DNA from: an uncultured Saprospiraceae bacterium
GTDB lineage: Bacteria > Bacteroidota > Bacteroidia > Chitinophagales > Saprospiraceae
Length of the DNA: 64,000 nt
Direction of reading: 5' to 3'
Assembly (NCBI GenBank): GCA_938045585.1
Contig: CALIAU010000004.1
Span: 25,534 to 89,533, forward strand
Shown: positions 47,678-59,500 of the stretch, piece after piece
Layout of the letters: each line of letters begins with the position of its first letter
How positions within the stretch are numbered: position 1 is the first letter of the stretch
Program-made: the position numbers and the translations under genes
Notes under the pieces: generated by a model
What the model was told of the DNA's origin: nothing
What the model saw: only the letters and a program-made list of their open reading frames with translations
The model's database searches: none

Positions 47678-48352
47678 CTATCGTTGTGGCCCATTATAAA
47701 AGGCAAAACTTATCCCATAAGTTACAAATTTTTCTAAAGAATCGTTACTTGAGGGTACTTCTAAATTTTCTCTGACTGGTCCTAGGTCCACTGAACTCCA
47801 GGGTATATTCACAAATGGTCGAATCTGAAACGAAATGGAATTGGTGCCTCCAAGGTGCCAGATACCATAAAATTTAGTGGCATACACAGATTCCTCTACA
47901 ATGGATCTGTTCTCATTCGTATTGGCAATACTCTCTTGAACCCTATGGCTTCTACGGCCCAAACCAACTCCATAACCATAATTACCCCAAATATTTTCTA
48001 TCGCTAATCCATAGCCACTTAAGCCCCAATTCAGGCGCTCTCTAAACACTTCACCACTTGCTTCTTCACCTAAAGCATCACGGTCAGTTGTTAAGTTTTC
48101 AAAGCTCAATTCAAAGGCTACATTTTCTATCCTATAATTTAAGCCAATTTCCAAACCTGAAATAAAATGCAGATCATTCATATCGCGATCAAGTCTAAAG
48201 CTATTTGCCGCATTAAAATCTGCAATCATACTGTTATTGCTAGCTGCAGGTGTATATGCAAACCCGTAGCCCACTTTCACGTTTAATTGTGCCAAACCAA
48301 AAAATGTCTGAAACAAAAACACAAGCACAAGGATAGATCTCATATTTCTCAT
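47678..48352 (-). CDS. putative outer-membrane beta-barrel protein
   Basis: Signal peptide and alternating hydrophobic/aromatic beta-strand pattern. No named family recognised. Confidence 0.45.
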   Translation of the reverse strand: MRNMRSILVLVFLFQTFFGLAQLNVKVGYGFAYTPAASNNSMIADFNAANSFRLDRDMNDLHFISGLEIGLNYRIENVAFELSFENLTTDRDALGEEASGEVFRERLNWGLSGYGLAIENIWGNYGYGVGLGRRSHRVQESIANTNENRSIVEESVYATKFYGIWHLGGTNSISFQIRPFVNIPWSSVDLGPVRENLEVPSSNDSLEKFVTYGISFAFYNGPQR

Positions 48353-48431
48353 ACAATGCCTTAATTTTCTTTAACAAATGTATTATAATAAAGTAAAATA
48401 TCTTATTTATAAGGCTATATCTACATACGCC

Positions 48432-50324
48432 ATGGCAAAGAAACGCAAGAAAACAAAAAACAAAGCTAAACAAGAAAACACGATTCTGAGCTCAAAGCCT
48501 CTCTCTAGTACATCAAAATTGTATCCAAAATTCTCACTTACAGAGCATCTTATACCTTTATTACTCCTTACTGCACTCTGTTTTATACTCTATGGCAAAA
48601 GTATTTCTTATGATTATGTCTTAGATGACACTCTAGTAATTACTGATAACAAGTTCACAAAAAAGGGATTTAGCGGAATTTATGATATTTTTTCTGGAGA
48701 CAGTTTTAAAGGATACTTTGGAGAACAAAAAAATCTTGTGCAGGGTGCTCGCTATCGTCCACTCTCTATTGTCACATTCGCTATAGAGTATGCTTTCTTT
48801 GGATTGAACCCACAGGTCAGTCATTTTGTAAATATTTTACTCTATGCCCTGTGTTGCTTACTCATCTATCGCTGTCTCTTTTTCCTTTTTCCTAAGCGAA
48901 AAGAGACATCTTGGTTTCTTACACTCCCCTTTTTAGCTACACTACTTTACACCCTACATCCCTTGCACATTGAAGCAGTTGCAAATATTAAAGGTAGAGA
49001 CGAGATAATGGCAATGATCGGAGCAATTTTAAGCCTTATCTATGCTTTTAAGTATCTGCAATCAAAAAAAATAGTTTTTTTATTTATCATGACGCTTAGT
49101 TTTTTCTTAGGCGTCTTATCAAAAGAAACCTGCCTCAGTTTTTTAGGCATTATACCCCTTTCACTTTATCTAAAATCAAAGAATATTAATAAATCTTTGT
49201 TGATGGTTTTTGCTGTTTTAAGCCTATGTACATTGACTTACTTAATCATGCGATACAATATTATAGGTTATTTAATTAACAGCAATGCTAGTAACACAGA
49301 CATAATGAATAACCCATTTGCGCAGATGAATTCTAGCCAGAAATCAGCGACGATTATGTACACTCTGGGGCTCTATATCAAGCTGCATTTCTTTCCTCAT
49401 CCATTGACACATGATTACTATCCATATCATATTCCCATAATGGAGTGGACTAAGCCAGGGACCTTAATCTCCTTGGTCTTATACCTAACAATGATAATTA
49501 TGGCAGTTTTTGGTTTCGTTAAAAAGAATATATACTCTTGGGGAATTTCATTTTTTCTTCTTTCCATAGTATTGGTTTCAAACGTTGTTGTCAATGTAGG
49601 TACGTTTATGAACGAACGTTTTATGTTTATGGCCTCCTTAGGCCTCATGGTGTTTTTAATCCAACTTACAAACGAATGGCTGCCTAAAAAACTAATGCTC
49701 GCAACACATTTTAGTGTAATAATACCTATGCTGTTTGCGATTGGCTTCTTTGCAAAATCATGGCAGCGTGTACCTGCTTGGAAGGATACCTATGCTCTGA
49801 ATGCCTCTGCAATTCATGTATCAAAAAATAGTGCACGCCTCAACAGCTTCATGGCTACTGCGATTTTTGAGGAACAAAGAGATGCTCCACCTTCTCAAAA
49901 AAAATTAGCAGAATTAAAACAAGCAAGAGAATATCTTGAAACAGCACTTGCCATTCACAAGACATATTATAATGCCAACTTAATGAAGACAGGTGTCGCT
50001 TCTGAAATCTATAAATTTGATTCTGATCTGCCTGCCCTACTCAAAGCATTTAAAGAAGTAGGGTCAATCCGACCTGATGTTGACTACCTCAGCCAGTATT
50101 GCGAATACCTAAACCGGCAAAGTAACATTTCAAGACAAATGTTAGAATTTTATTATGACCTAGGCTATAACACGCTATATAGAAAGTCACGTAACGCGAA
50201 ATGGGCTATTCATTATCTTGAATTAGGATACGCATTGGACCCAAATAGCGCATTTATCCGTAGTGCACTTTCTGAAATATATTCTGCTGTAGGTAATACA
50301 GCCAAGGCTCAACAATTTAACTAG
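48432..50324 (+). CDS. polytopic GT-C/PMT-like membrane protein with C-terminal TPR region (TMTC-like)
   Basis: Basic N-terminus MAKKRKKTKNK, about 10 TM helices, then a soluble helical-repeat tail. Start moved to the ATG at 48432 from the tracked 48378. Confidence 0.5.
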   Translation: MAKKRKKTKNKAKQENTILSSKPLSSTSKLYPKFSLTEHLIPLLLLTALCFILYGKSISYDYVLDDTLVITDNKFTKKGFSGIYDIFSGDSFKGYFGEQKNLVQGARYRPLSIVTFAIEYAFFGLNPQVSHFVNILLYALCCLLIYRCLFFLFPKRKETSWFLTLPFLATLLYTLHPLHIEAVANIKGRDEIMAMIGAILSLIYAFKYLQSKKIVFLFIMTLSFFLGVLSKETCLSFLGIIPLSLYLKSKNINKSLLMVFAVLSLCTLTYLIMRYNIIGYLINSNASNTDIMNNPFAQMNSSQKSATIMYTLGLYIKLHFFPHPLTHDYYPYHIPIMEWTKPGTLISLVLYLTMIIMAVFGFVKKNIYSWGISFFLLSIVLVSNVVVNVGTFMNERFMFMASLGLMVFLIQLTNEWLPKKLMLATHFSVIIPMLFAIGFFAKSWQRVPAWKDTYALNASAIHVSKNSARLNSFMATAIFEEQRDAPPSQKKLAELKQAREYLETALAIHKTYYNANLMKTGVASEIYKFDSDLPALLKAFKEVGSIRPDVDYLSQYCEYLNRQSNISRQMLEFYYDLGYNTLYRKSRNAKWAIHYLELGYALDPNSAFIRSALSEIYSAVGNTAKAQQFN

Positions 50325-51428
50325 ATGAAAGAACAGGATTTACAAAAAGCAATCGCACTGAGTCTCATCGCAAATGTGGGTCCTGTATTAGCAAAACAAC
50401 TCATTCGAATTTGTGGAGGAATAGATGCAGTATATACCGAGAAAAAATCCAATCTTTTAAGAATTCCAAAAATCAATGCTGACATTGCCCAAAATATAGT
50501 CTCCAAAAGCAGTTTTACGCGAGCTGAGGAAGAGATAAGATTTACTAAGGAACATGGTATAGAAGTATATTATTTTCAAGCTGAACAGTATCCTTCAAGA
50601 TTGAAACATTACAAAGATGCCCCCATCATACTTTATTATAAAGGGACAGATATAATCAATCACAAACGCACCATGGCAATTGTAGGGACACGTAGAATTA
50701 CTCCATACGGACAGGCTATATGTTCTAGCTTTACTAAAGAATTAGCAGACTATAATGTTTGCGTATTTTCAGGATTGGCATATGGGGTTGATACACACGC
50801 ACATAAATCCTGTGTCGCTAATGGTATTCCCACAATAGGTGTTTTAGGACATGGTTTAGACAAGATGTATCCACAAGAAAATTTGCGCTTGGCAAAAAGC
50901 ATGATTGGAAATGGTGGTATTCTATCCGAATTTGTATCCAAAACAAAACCAGATGCCATGCACTTCCCGCAACGCAATAGATTGGTTGCTATGTTATCCG
51001 ATGCTGTGTTGATTGTAGAATCTGGTGCATCAGGCGGATCAATGATTACAGCAGATTTTGCCTTTCAATATAATAAGGATGTTTTTGCTATACCGGGCAG
51101 AGCAAACGACAGCTATTCAAAGGGTTGTAATTATCTCATTAAAACGAACAAAGCTAAACTTGCAGGAAGTGCAGAAGATATAGCAAAGAACATGTTGTGG
51201 TCCAAAGAAAATGAAGGTGCCCGTCAAACACAAATGGCACTCGCCTTTGAACTCAATAAAGAAGAATCCGACATTGTTAATCTATTAAAAAGTACAAAGG
51301 GTATTGGGCTAGATTCCATACATTATAGAACCTCTTTTCCACTTTCACGACTCAGTGCGATGTTATTAAATCTTGAATTCAAAGGAATAATCAAAACACT
51401 TCCGGGTAAAAAATATATTTTGGCTTAG
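50325..51428 (+). CDS. dprA: DNA-processing protein DprA (Smf)
   Basis: Rossmann-like core with GLAYGVDTHAH, FPQRNRL and GGSMITA motifs. The ATG abuts the preceding TAG. Confidence 0.85.
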   Translation: MKEQDLQKAIALSLIANVGPVLAKQLIRICGGIDAVYTEKKSNLLRIPKINADIAQNIVSKSSFTRAEEEIRFTKEHGIEVYYFQAEQYPSRLKHYKDAPIILYYKGTDIINHKRTMAIVGTRRITPYGQAICSSFTKELADYNVCVFSGLAYGVDTHAHKSCVANGIPTIGVLGHGLDKMYPQENLRLAKSMIGNGGILSEFVSKTKPDAMHFPQRNRLVAMLSDAVLIVESGASGGSMITADFAFQYNKDVFAIPGRANDSYSKGCNYLIKTNKAKLAGSAEDIAKNMLWSKENEGARQTQMALAFELNKEESDIVNLLKSTKGIGLDSIHYRTSFPLSRLSAMLLNLEFKGIIKTLPGKKYILA

Positions 51429-51442
51429 AATTTAAATTTTCT

Positions 51443-52567
51443 ATGAAAAAGACCGCTATTTCTCTTATTTGCCTAGCTTTTATTTTCAATAGCTGTAAAG
51501 TGCAAGATCGAGTTGTTATCAAAGAAGTCGTAAAAACACCGGAAGTCATCTATCCAAAAAATGTCATTTTGATGATTGGCGACGGCATGGGTCTAGGTCA
51601 AATTTCAGCTGGGATGTATCACCAAGGTAATAAGACAATTCTGGAAGAATTTCCTGTTGTTGGTATTCATAAACCAGCAGCCTTCGGAAAGCTTATTACG
51701 GATTCTGCAGCTGCTGCAACTTCATTTGCCTGTGGAGTAAAAACATATAATGGAGCTATTGGTGTAGACAAAGATACTATCCCTGTAAAGACCATCTTAG
51801 AAGAAGCTGAAGAAAAGGGACTGGCAACTGGACTTGTTGCCACTTCAACAATTGTCCATGCAACACCCGCGTCATTTATTGCGCACAATAAATCAAGAAA
51901 AAATTACGAAGAGATTGCCACTGAATTTTTAGCTACTGAGATTGATTTATTCATAGGTGGAGGTAAAAAATATTTTGATCGAAGAGCGGATGATAGAAAC
52001 CTACTAAATGAATTTAAAGGTTATCAATTAAGTCATTATGCTGAACAAGAATTAGATGAGATAGAATTTGACCCAAATAAAAACGTTGCCTACCTGACCT
52101 CTGATGCTGACCCCATACCTGCCGCACAAGGTAGAGACTATCTTATTCCTGCTTCTAAAAAAGCAGTAGAATTTTTGGACAAGAAAGCCAGTCAAGGCTT
52201 CTTTCTAATGATTGAAGGATCTCAAATTGATTGGGGAGGTCATGCTAATAATTCAGATTATATCTTGACAGAATTTTCTGACTTTGACAAGGCAATTTCT
52301 GCCGTTTTGGACTTCGCAAAAACAGACGGAGAAACACTCGTAATTGTAACAGCGGATCATGAAACAGGTGGTTATGCTATTCAAGAAGAATCTACAATGG
52401 ATTCATTGGTTACAGCCTTCACGAGTACCTATCACACAGGAACTATGATTCCAGTTTTTGCCTATGGTCCACAAGCCGAGCGATTTGCTGGCATATATGA
52501 AAACACCGAAATCTATCATAAGATGCGAGAAGCATTTAATTGGATTTCTACTATGCAAAAAAACTAA
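51443..52567 (+). CDS. alkaline phosphatase (PhoA family)
   Basis: GDGMG, active-site TDSAAAAT, DWGGHAN and TADHETGG motifs. Signal/lipoprotein N-terminus. Confidence 0.85.
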   Translation: MKKTAISLICLAFIFNSCKVQDRVVIKEVVKTPEVIYPKNVILMIGDGMGLGQISAGMYHQGNKTILEEFPVVGIHKPAAFGKLITDSAAAATSFACGVKTYNGAIGVDKDTIPVKTILEEAEEKGLATGLVATSTIVHATPASFIAHNKSRKNYEEIATEFLATEIDLFIGGGKKYFDRRADDRNLLNEFKGYQLSHYAEQELDEIEFDPNKNVAYLTSDADPIPAAQGRDYLIPASKKAVEFLDKKASQGFFLMIEGSQIDWGGHANNSDYILTEFSDFDKAISAVLDFAKTDGETLVIVTADHETGGYAIQEESTMDSLVTAFTSTYHTGTMIPVFAYGPQAERFAGIYENTEIYHKMREAFNWISTMQKN

Positions 52568-52687
52568 AGAATAGATCCAAGCAACTATCAGGAAATTAGC
52601 TTGGTAAGGACATTATTAAGAATTTAAGACTTGCTTAACTAAATTAGGCCTAGTATTCTTGTTATCTTTATAACACAAACTTAAGTC

Positions 52688-53206
52688 ATGAAACAAATAG
52701 CATGTATCGCTTTACTAGCAATCCTTATCATAAGTTCTTCTTTTGACACAGCAGTCGAAGAAAAAATCAATTGGGTCACTTGGGAAGAAGCAGTGGAACT
52801 TAACAAAACAAATCCAAAAAAACTGTTTGTTGATGTCTACACGGATTGGTGTGGCTGGTGCAAGCGCATGGATAAAAGTACTTTTTCGGATCCAGAGATA
52901 ATTAAGTACATGAATGAAAACTTTCATGCTATCAAGTTCAATGCTGAGCAAAAAGAAGATATTTCTTGGAACGGCAATACGTTTAAGTTTGTAAAAAGTG
53001 GTCGAAGAGGTGCACACGAATTAGCAAGTGCACTTCTAGATGGTCGTCTCGGCTACCCCTCCTTCGTTCTTCTTGATGAAGATTTTGCCCGTATCATGAT
53101 TTCTCCTGGTTTTAAGAAACCTGAGCAGCTTGAGAAAGAACTCGTATTTGCCAAAGAGGAGAAGTATAAGGTATTAAATTGGGAAGATTATAAGCTTTCT
53201 AATTAA
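52688..53206 (+). CDS. thioredoxin-fold (DUF255-like) secreted protein
   Basis: WCGWCK redox motif in a thioredoxin-like context. Signal peptide. Confidence 0.65.
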   Translation: MKQIACIALLAILIISSSFDTAVEEKINWVTWEEAVELNKTNPKKLFVDVYTDWCGWCKRMDKSTFSDPEIIKYMNENFHAIKFNAEQKEDISWNGNTFKFVKSGRRGAHELASALLDGRLGYPSFVLLDEDFARIMISPGFKKPEQLEKELVFAKEEKYKVLNWEDYKLSN

Positions 53207-53396
53207 GCTGCAAAATATTTTGTAGTCCTGCAAATAGAGCTACAAGCAAAATATTTTACTGCATTACGTTCTCAAACAGATGAGATATTACAACAAAAAG
53301 TATTTCACTATCACGTAAAAATCAACATTATACATATTTAATAAAATTTGTATTAAATATTATCATAAAGTATATTTTGTTAATATTTAGTTATTA

Positions 53397-53425
53397 ATAT
53401 ATATAATATTTATATATATATATTT
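53397..53425. repeat. TA-rich microsatellite in the upstream region of the 2948-aa gene
   Basis: atatatataatatttatatatatatattt, including (TA)6-like tatatatatatat at 53411-53423. Confidence 0.6.
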
Positions 53426-53533
53426 TATTTAACAGTATTCTCTCGTTGTTCAAAAGTTCAGTTTATTTGGGTGTGCTATGCTAAGCAACACCGCTAGTGT
53501 CGTAGCATAATTGTTAAAGACGACCCTTTAAGA

Positions 53534-56500
53534 ATGATGAATAATGAACCAACCAAGTACGTTAGTAGATTACGTATTTTATATGTAATCCTATGTATAA
53601 TTGTAAGTTTTTCTGTCACCTACGCTGACGGAACTGCAAACCTATCTCCTACAGCAACGGATGTTGTTATCCTAAATCTAAATACAGGAAATTTTGCTAA
53701 TTATGGAACAACAGGGACTGACAAATCTATGTGTTTCACGGTAAAAGACCCTAGTGAAACTGTTTACTTCGGATTTTCGCAGATATCTAATTCCTCAGGT
53801 TTTTTACAAAATGCAAACTATGACTTTAGAATTGTAGACGCTGTAAGTGGAGCAGTTGTTCAGGGTCCCTTTACTGTAACTCCAGGAAATGCAAATGGAA
53901 ATAATTATAATGATGTGATAGCTGGTCCAGATTTAGGTTCTGGCGTAGGATATGACGTTTCTAACCCTGGCTTTGTTTTTAACCCACCAGCAGCCGGAGA
54001 ATATTGCATAGAGTTTGAAAATGGAAATGCCTTCGGGAACTTCACCTTTGCACAGATGGGCTTACTCTACTGGGATGTTACTGTAGCTGATGCAGCAAAC
54101 ACGATTATTCCTGGAAGGTTATTCTCAACCTGTTGGGGACTTAGAACTCCTTGTTCTGCTGTCTCCAATTGTACGGGTGGTCCATGGGATCAACCCTTAA
54201 ACGGTGAGATTTGGGTATTAACAGATGATGGCTTTGTACACTCTATTGATTTTGCAAATTCTGGCTTCCAAGGACTTAGTTTCTTTTTAGCTTTTAACGA
54301 CACAGGGCCTGGTACTACGGGAAATCCAGTTATAGATCGTAAATCTATAGATGGCAATTTTACAGGGAATGCAAGTGCCACAGATCCGCTCTACCCAATC
54401 TATTTTGATATTCCTGATCCAGAATGCTACGAAGCTGCAGAAATTGGCACTTTTGAGGGTCCTACTATTCTTGCGGAAATGTGTGACTATGATAATGCCT
54501 GTCTAGAATTTACCGTAAATCAAACCGGCTTGATAGAAATTATTATTGATTTAGATGGACCCGGTGATGGAATCTTTACGCCCAATACTGCAGATACTGT
54601 CATCGCTATTAGAATTGATCCAGGAGAGCCCTTCACGCAATGTGTACCCTGGGATCTAACGGACGGACTTGGAAACCAACTCATGCCTGGCGATGATGTG
54701 TTTTTTACTGTTAATTACCAACAAGGCGAAATTCATTTCATGCAATATGATGTAGAATCGGTGTTAACCGGTTTTATTCCGAGCACTATTGTACCTACAG
54801 GCGCAAATAATTTAAGCGAGACTTTTTATGATGATAGCTGTTTAGACCCAAATGATAATGATCCAAACTTGGATTGTGATTTAGACCCTGCGACAGGCCC
54901 TATGCCTCCCCTTATTGAGATTGATGGATGTCCAGCTCCTTGCCATACTTGGAAAATAGGTAATAGTAGTGGTTTATCTGGTGGAGGATATGGAGAAGTA
55001 AATACTATAAATACCTGGTGGTTTGGTAATACGCAAACGTTAACAATTGAAACCATCTTCCTAGATGAAAATCCACCAACATTCGATTGCCCTCCTGATG
55101 TAGTTTTAGAATGCGGGATGCCAACGGATACCTTGTCTACTGGCTCTGTAACTAACATAATGGATGCTTGTTCAACAACGGGATTCATTATTACGTTTAT
55201 GGATGATGCGCCTTTTGATGCGTGCAGTGGTACAGGAATAGTAACGAGAACTTTCTATGTGGAAGATCCTGATGGGAATATAGATTCTTGTATGCAGATG
55301 ATTACTCTGATGGACTCTGAAGACCCTATGATTACCTGCCCTCCAGGAGCCACTATCGCATGCACCGACCCAGTCCCTGTCTTTGCAGATGAAGCAGCTT
55401 TCATAGCTGCAGGCGGCACCATTTCTGATAATTGTGCCTTAGCTGGCTTTGCATTAACAGACTCTGTTGCAACTCCTCTCATGATGGGATGTCTTATAGA
55501 AGAAATAGCTTTGACATATACAGCAACAGATGAGTGCGGAATGACAGCAAGTTGCACGCTTATTATTTTAGTAGAAAATACAGATCCTGCGAGCTTCGGT
55601 AGCTGTCCTCCAGATGCAGTTATAGAATGTGGCATGCCTACAGATACAATGACACTAGGTGCTCCAGTAGTTGAAGGAGGTGCTTGTGGTATTGCTGCTA
55701 CCATAACTGTTATGGATGATATTGTAGGAGGTACCTGTCCAGACGAAATGGTAATAATGCGACTGTTCATTCTAGATGACGGATGTGGCGAGCCAGACAC
55801 CTGCATGCAGATGATATCAATTGAAGATCCCACTGCACCAGTTTTTGACATGCCAATACCGGCAGATGTAGAACTAAGTTGTGCCGATGATGTCCCTGAC
55901 CCTGAGACTCTTAATCTAACAGATAATTGCGGCAGTATGTTTATGGTAATGCCTGTAGATGTGATTATTCCAGGGACCTGCCCTAATGATTTTGTAATTG
56001 AAAGAACATGGGCTCTGACTGATCCGTGTGGTAATGAAGCTACCGCAACACAAATTATAACAGTAAGCGACACAGAAGATCCCACGTTTGACACGGCTCC
56101 TCCAGCAGATCTTATGTTTGAATGCGCAGCAGATGTTCCCGACGCAGAATCTTTAATGGCTACAGATAATTGTGACGGCCCTGTACTTGTAGATCCTATA
56201 GACACAATGATTCCAGGAACCTGTCCGAATGACTTTACTATCGAAAGAACATGGGAATACATAGATGCCTGTAACAATGTACTTATACATACCCAAACTA
56301 TAACAGTTTCTGATACGAGTGATCCAGCCTTTGATACTGCTCCTCCAGTTGATCTAGATTTTGATTGTGCAGCTGATGTTCCAGATCCAATGGATTTAAG
56401 TATTACGGACAATTGTGATGGAACAGTCATTGTAAGTCCTCTAGATAATTTAATTCCTGGAAGCTGTCCAAATGACTTTACTATCGAAAGAACTTGGGAA

Positions 56501-59500
56501 TATGAAGATGCTTGTGGAAATGCGATCACTCATACACAAACAATTACAGTAAGTGATACTAGCATTCCCATGTTTGATACACCACCTCCTACAGATATAA
56601 CTCTTGATTGTGCCGCAAATGTCCCTGACCCTGTTGATATTTCTGTAATGGATAATTGTGATGGACAAGTAATTGTTAGCCCGATAGATAACCTGATTCC
56701 AGGCACCTGCCCGAATGACTTTACTATCGAAAGAACTTGGGAATACATTGATGCTTGTGGAAACACTTTAAGCCACCTTCAAACTATAGTGGTGAGCGAT
56801 ACTAGCCTTCCCGTTTTTGATACACCGCCGCCTACAGATATAATTCTTGAATGTGCTGCTGAGGTACCAGATCCAGTTGACATTTCAGTTACGGATAATT
56901 GCGACGGTAACGTAATCGTGAGTCCAATAGACAATCTGATTCCAGGCACCTGCCCGAATGACTTTACTATCGAAAGAACTTGGGAATATATTGATGCTTG
57001 TGGAAACACCCTAAGTCATATACAAACTATCGTGGTAGGGAATACAACACTTCCTGTTTTTGACACGCCACCGCCTACTGATCTTGTTCTTGAATGTGCT
57101 ACACAGGTGCCAGATCCCGTAGATATTACAGTTACAGATAATTGCGATGGTATTGTTACGGTAAGTCCTACGGACAACTTGATTCCAGGCACCTGCCCGA
57201 ATGACTTTACTATCGAAAGAACATGGGAATACATTGATGCCTGTGGAAACACTTTAAGCCACCTTCAAACTATAGTGGTGAGCGATACTAGCCTTCCCGT
57301 TTTTGATACACCGCCGCCTACAGATGTAACTCTTGAATGTGCTGCTGAGGTACCAGATCCAGTTGACATTTCTGTTACGGATAATTGCGACGGTACCGTA
57401 ATCGTGAGTCCAATAGACAATCTGATTCCAGGCACCTGCCCGAATGACTTTACTATCGAAAGAACTTGGGAATATATTGATGCTTGTGGAAACACATTAA
57501 GTCATTTGCAAACTATAATCGTTAGTGATACTAGTCTGCCTGTTTTTGATACGCCGCCGCCTATTGACATAGTGCTTGAATGTGCATTCGAAGTACCTCC
57601 ACCTGTTGATCTTATGGTGACAGATAATTGTGATGGTCCAGTAGTTGTTAGTCCTGTGGATGTTATTACAAACCTTGACCTTTGTCCAAATAGATTTACA
57701 ATCGATAGAACATGGTCTTACACAGATGCTTGTGGTAATGAACTTACCCATACCCAGTTAATCGCTGTAGATGATATAACACCACCTGAGTTAGAATGCC
57801 AAGACTTAACAATAGATTTGATGGGTATGACTACTGTAATGATCAATCCTGAAGATTTTATAGTTTCGGTATCAGATAATTGTGGCGACTTTGATGTATT
57901 TGCAGATCCACCTTCATTTGATTGTTCTGAAATTATTTTGGACAGCATGGCTACTGTTGAAATCATAGCTATAGATTCTTGTGGCAATCAAGCTGTTTGC
58001 ATAGCAAATATTACCTTCACTGGTTTCCCAGAACTAGAAATATTCTGCCCTAATGATACTCTTATTCAATTAGGACCAGGTGGTTGTGATGCAATTGTTC
58101 CCTATGACATAATTGCTATTAACCCTTGTGGCGAAGATGCAGTCATTACTCAAATTGACACAAGTGGTTTTACTGCTGGAGATGATTTCCCTATTGGTGT
58201 GACTATCCAAGAATATATGGCGACAAATGAATATGGAGACACTGTTTCATGTTCATTTACAATTACAGTACTAGAAAATGACGATCCTATAACCTCTCTG
58301 GTATGTAATGACAAAGTAAATATTTCTGTGGATCAAAACTGCATGGTTACCATAGATGCTGATTTAATTTTGGAAGGAAGTAATCATGGTTGCTTTGAAG
58401 ATTTTACAATTGAAATATTCACCATCACTGGGGATACAGTACTTAATCCAATTACCTACGATCCTGAATATTCGCCCACAAATAATAATTACATCGTTTG
58501 TGTAACCGAACCAGAAACTGGGATTCAATGCTGTGGAGAAATTATTTTAGAGGACAAATTAGAACCTGCAATAGAATGTCCTTGCCCTCCTGGTGCTTGG
58601 ATGACTGATCCAGCATGTCAAAGAACCTGTTTAAATATTAATCAAATCCTAAATGGACAGATCGGTGCTCCTAACTCAGATGATAATTGTAGTGGCGTAG
58701 TACCTGTCTTTGGAGGTGCTCAAATAATCGAACAAGCGGAGTGTGGTACCTATATCGTTGAACAATTTTGGTCATTAACAACGGAAGGACATGCGGGACC
58801 TGATTTCCCAAATATAAATTGTACCAATGAGTATTTCATCTCTGCAATTGATATCGATCTTGTAACTCTACCAGATGATGTAACCATTGATTGTTCTGAC
58901 TCAGGCGAGGCTGATATTACGCATCCAAGTAATACTGGTTATCCTAGAATAGGTGGAGATATCTTAGACGGTCAAGACCAAAACCCTTATTGTAATATAG
59001 TAGCCACCTTTACTGACATTGAAATACCATCCTGTGGTTCTGAATGTGGTAACCTAATGAAGATTGCTAGAATCTGGAGTATCGTAAACTGGTGTACCAG
59101 TGAATCGGAAGAATTCTATCAACTTATAAAGATTTCGGATGAAGAAGGTCCTACTATTGTTATGGATGATGTGTACATAAGTACAGATGTTTGGAAATGT
59201 TCAGCAGACGTTTGGTTTGATCCACCTCAACTGCATGACAATTGTTCTTATGCACTCGACTGGTATATCGTGAGCTCTAATTCTGGCGCCGTATTAGTAG
59301 ATGCAAATGGTCAACAAAATTCTTCTGAACCAAAACAACATGCATTAGATGTTCCAAAAGGAACATGGGAATTTGTTATTGGTAGTACAGATTGTTGTGG
59401 AAACCTAGGAACGACAACTATAGAAGTTACTGTTTCCGATCACACAGCGCCTGTAGCTATCGCTAAGGAATATATCACTATTAGCTTGACAAGTGCGGGT

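Noticed and set aside
55255-56529. 424-aa minus-strand ORF and the series 56530..57495, antisense to the 2948-aa gene
   Set aside because: Same logic: the period is exactly 243 nt, composition is low-complexity Ser/Gly/Val and no independent features are present. The sense frame has a signal peptide, recognisable domains and a T9SS CTD.
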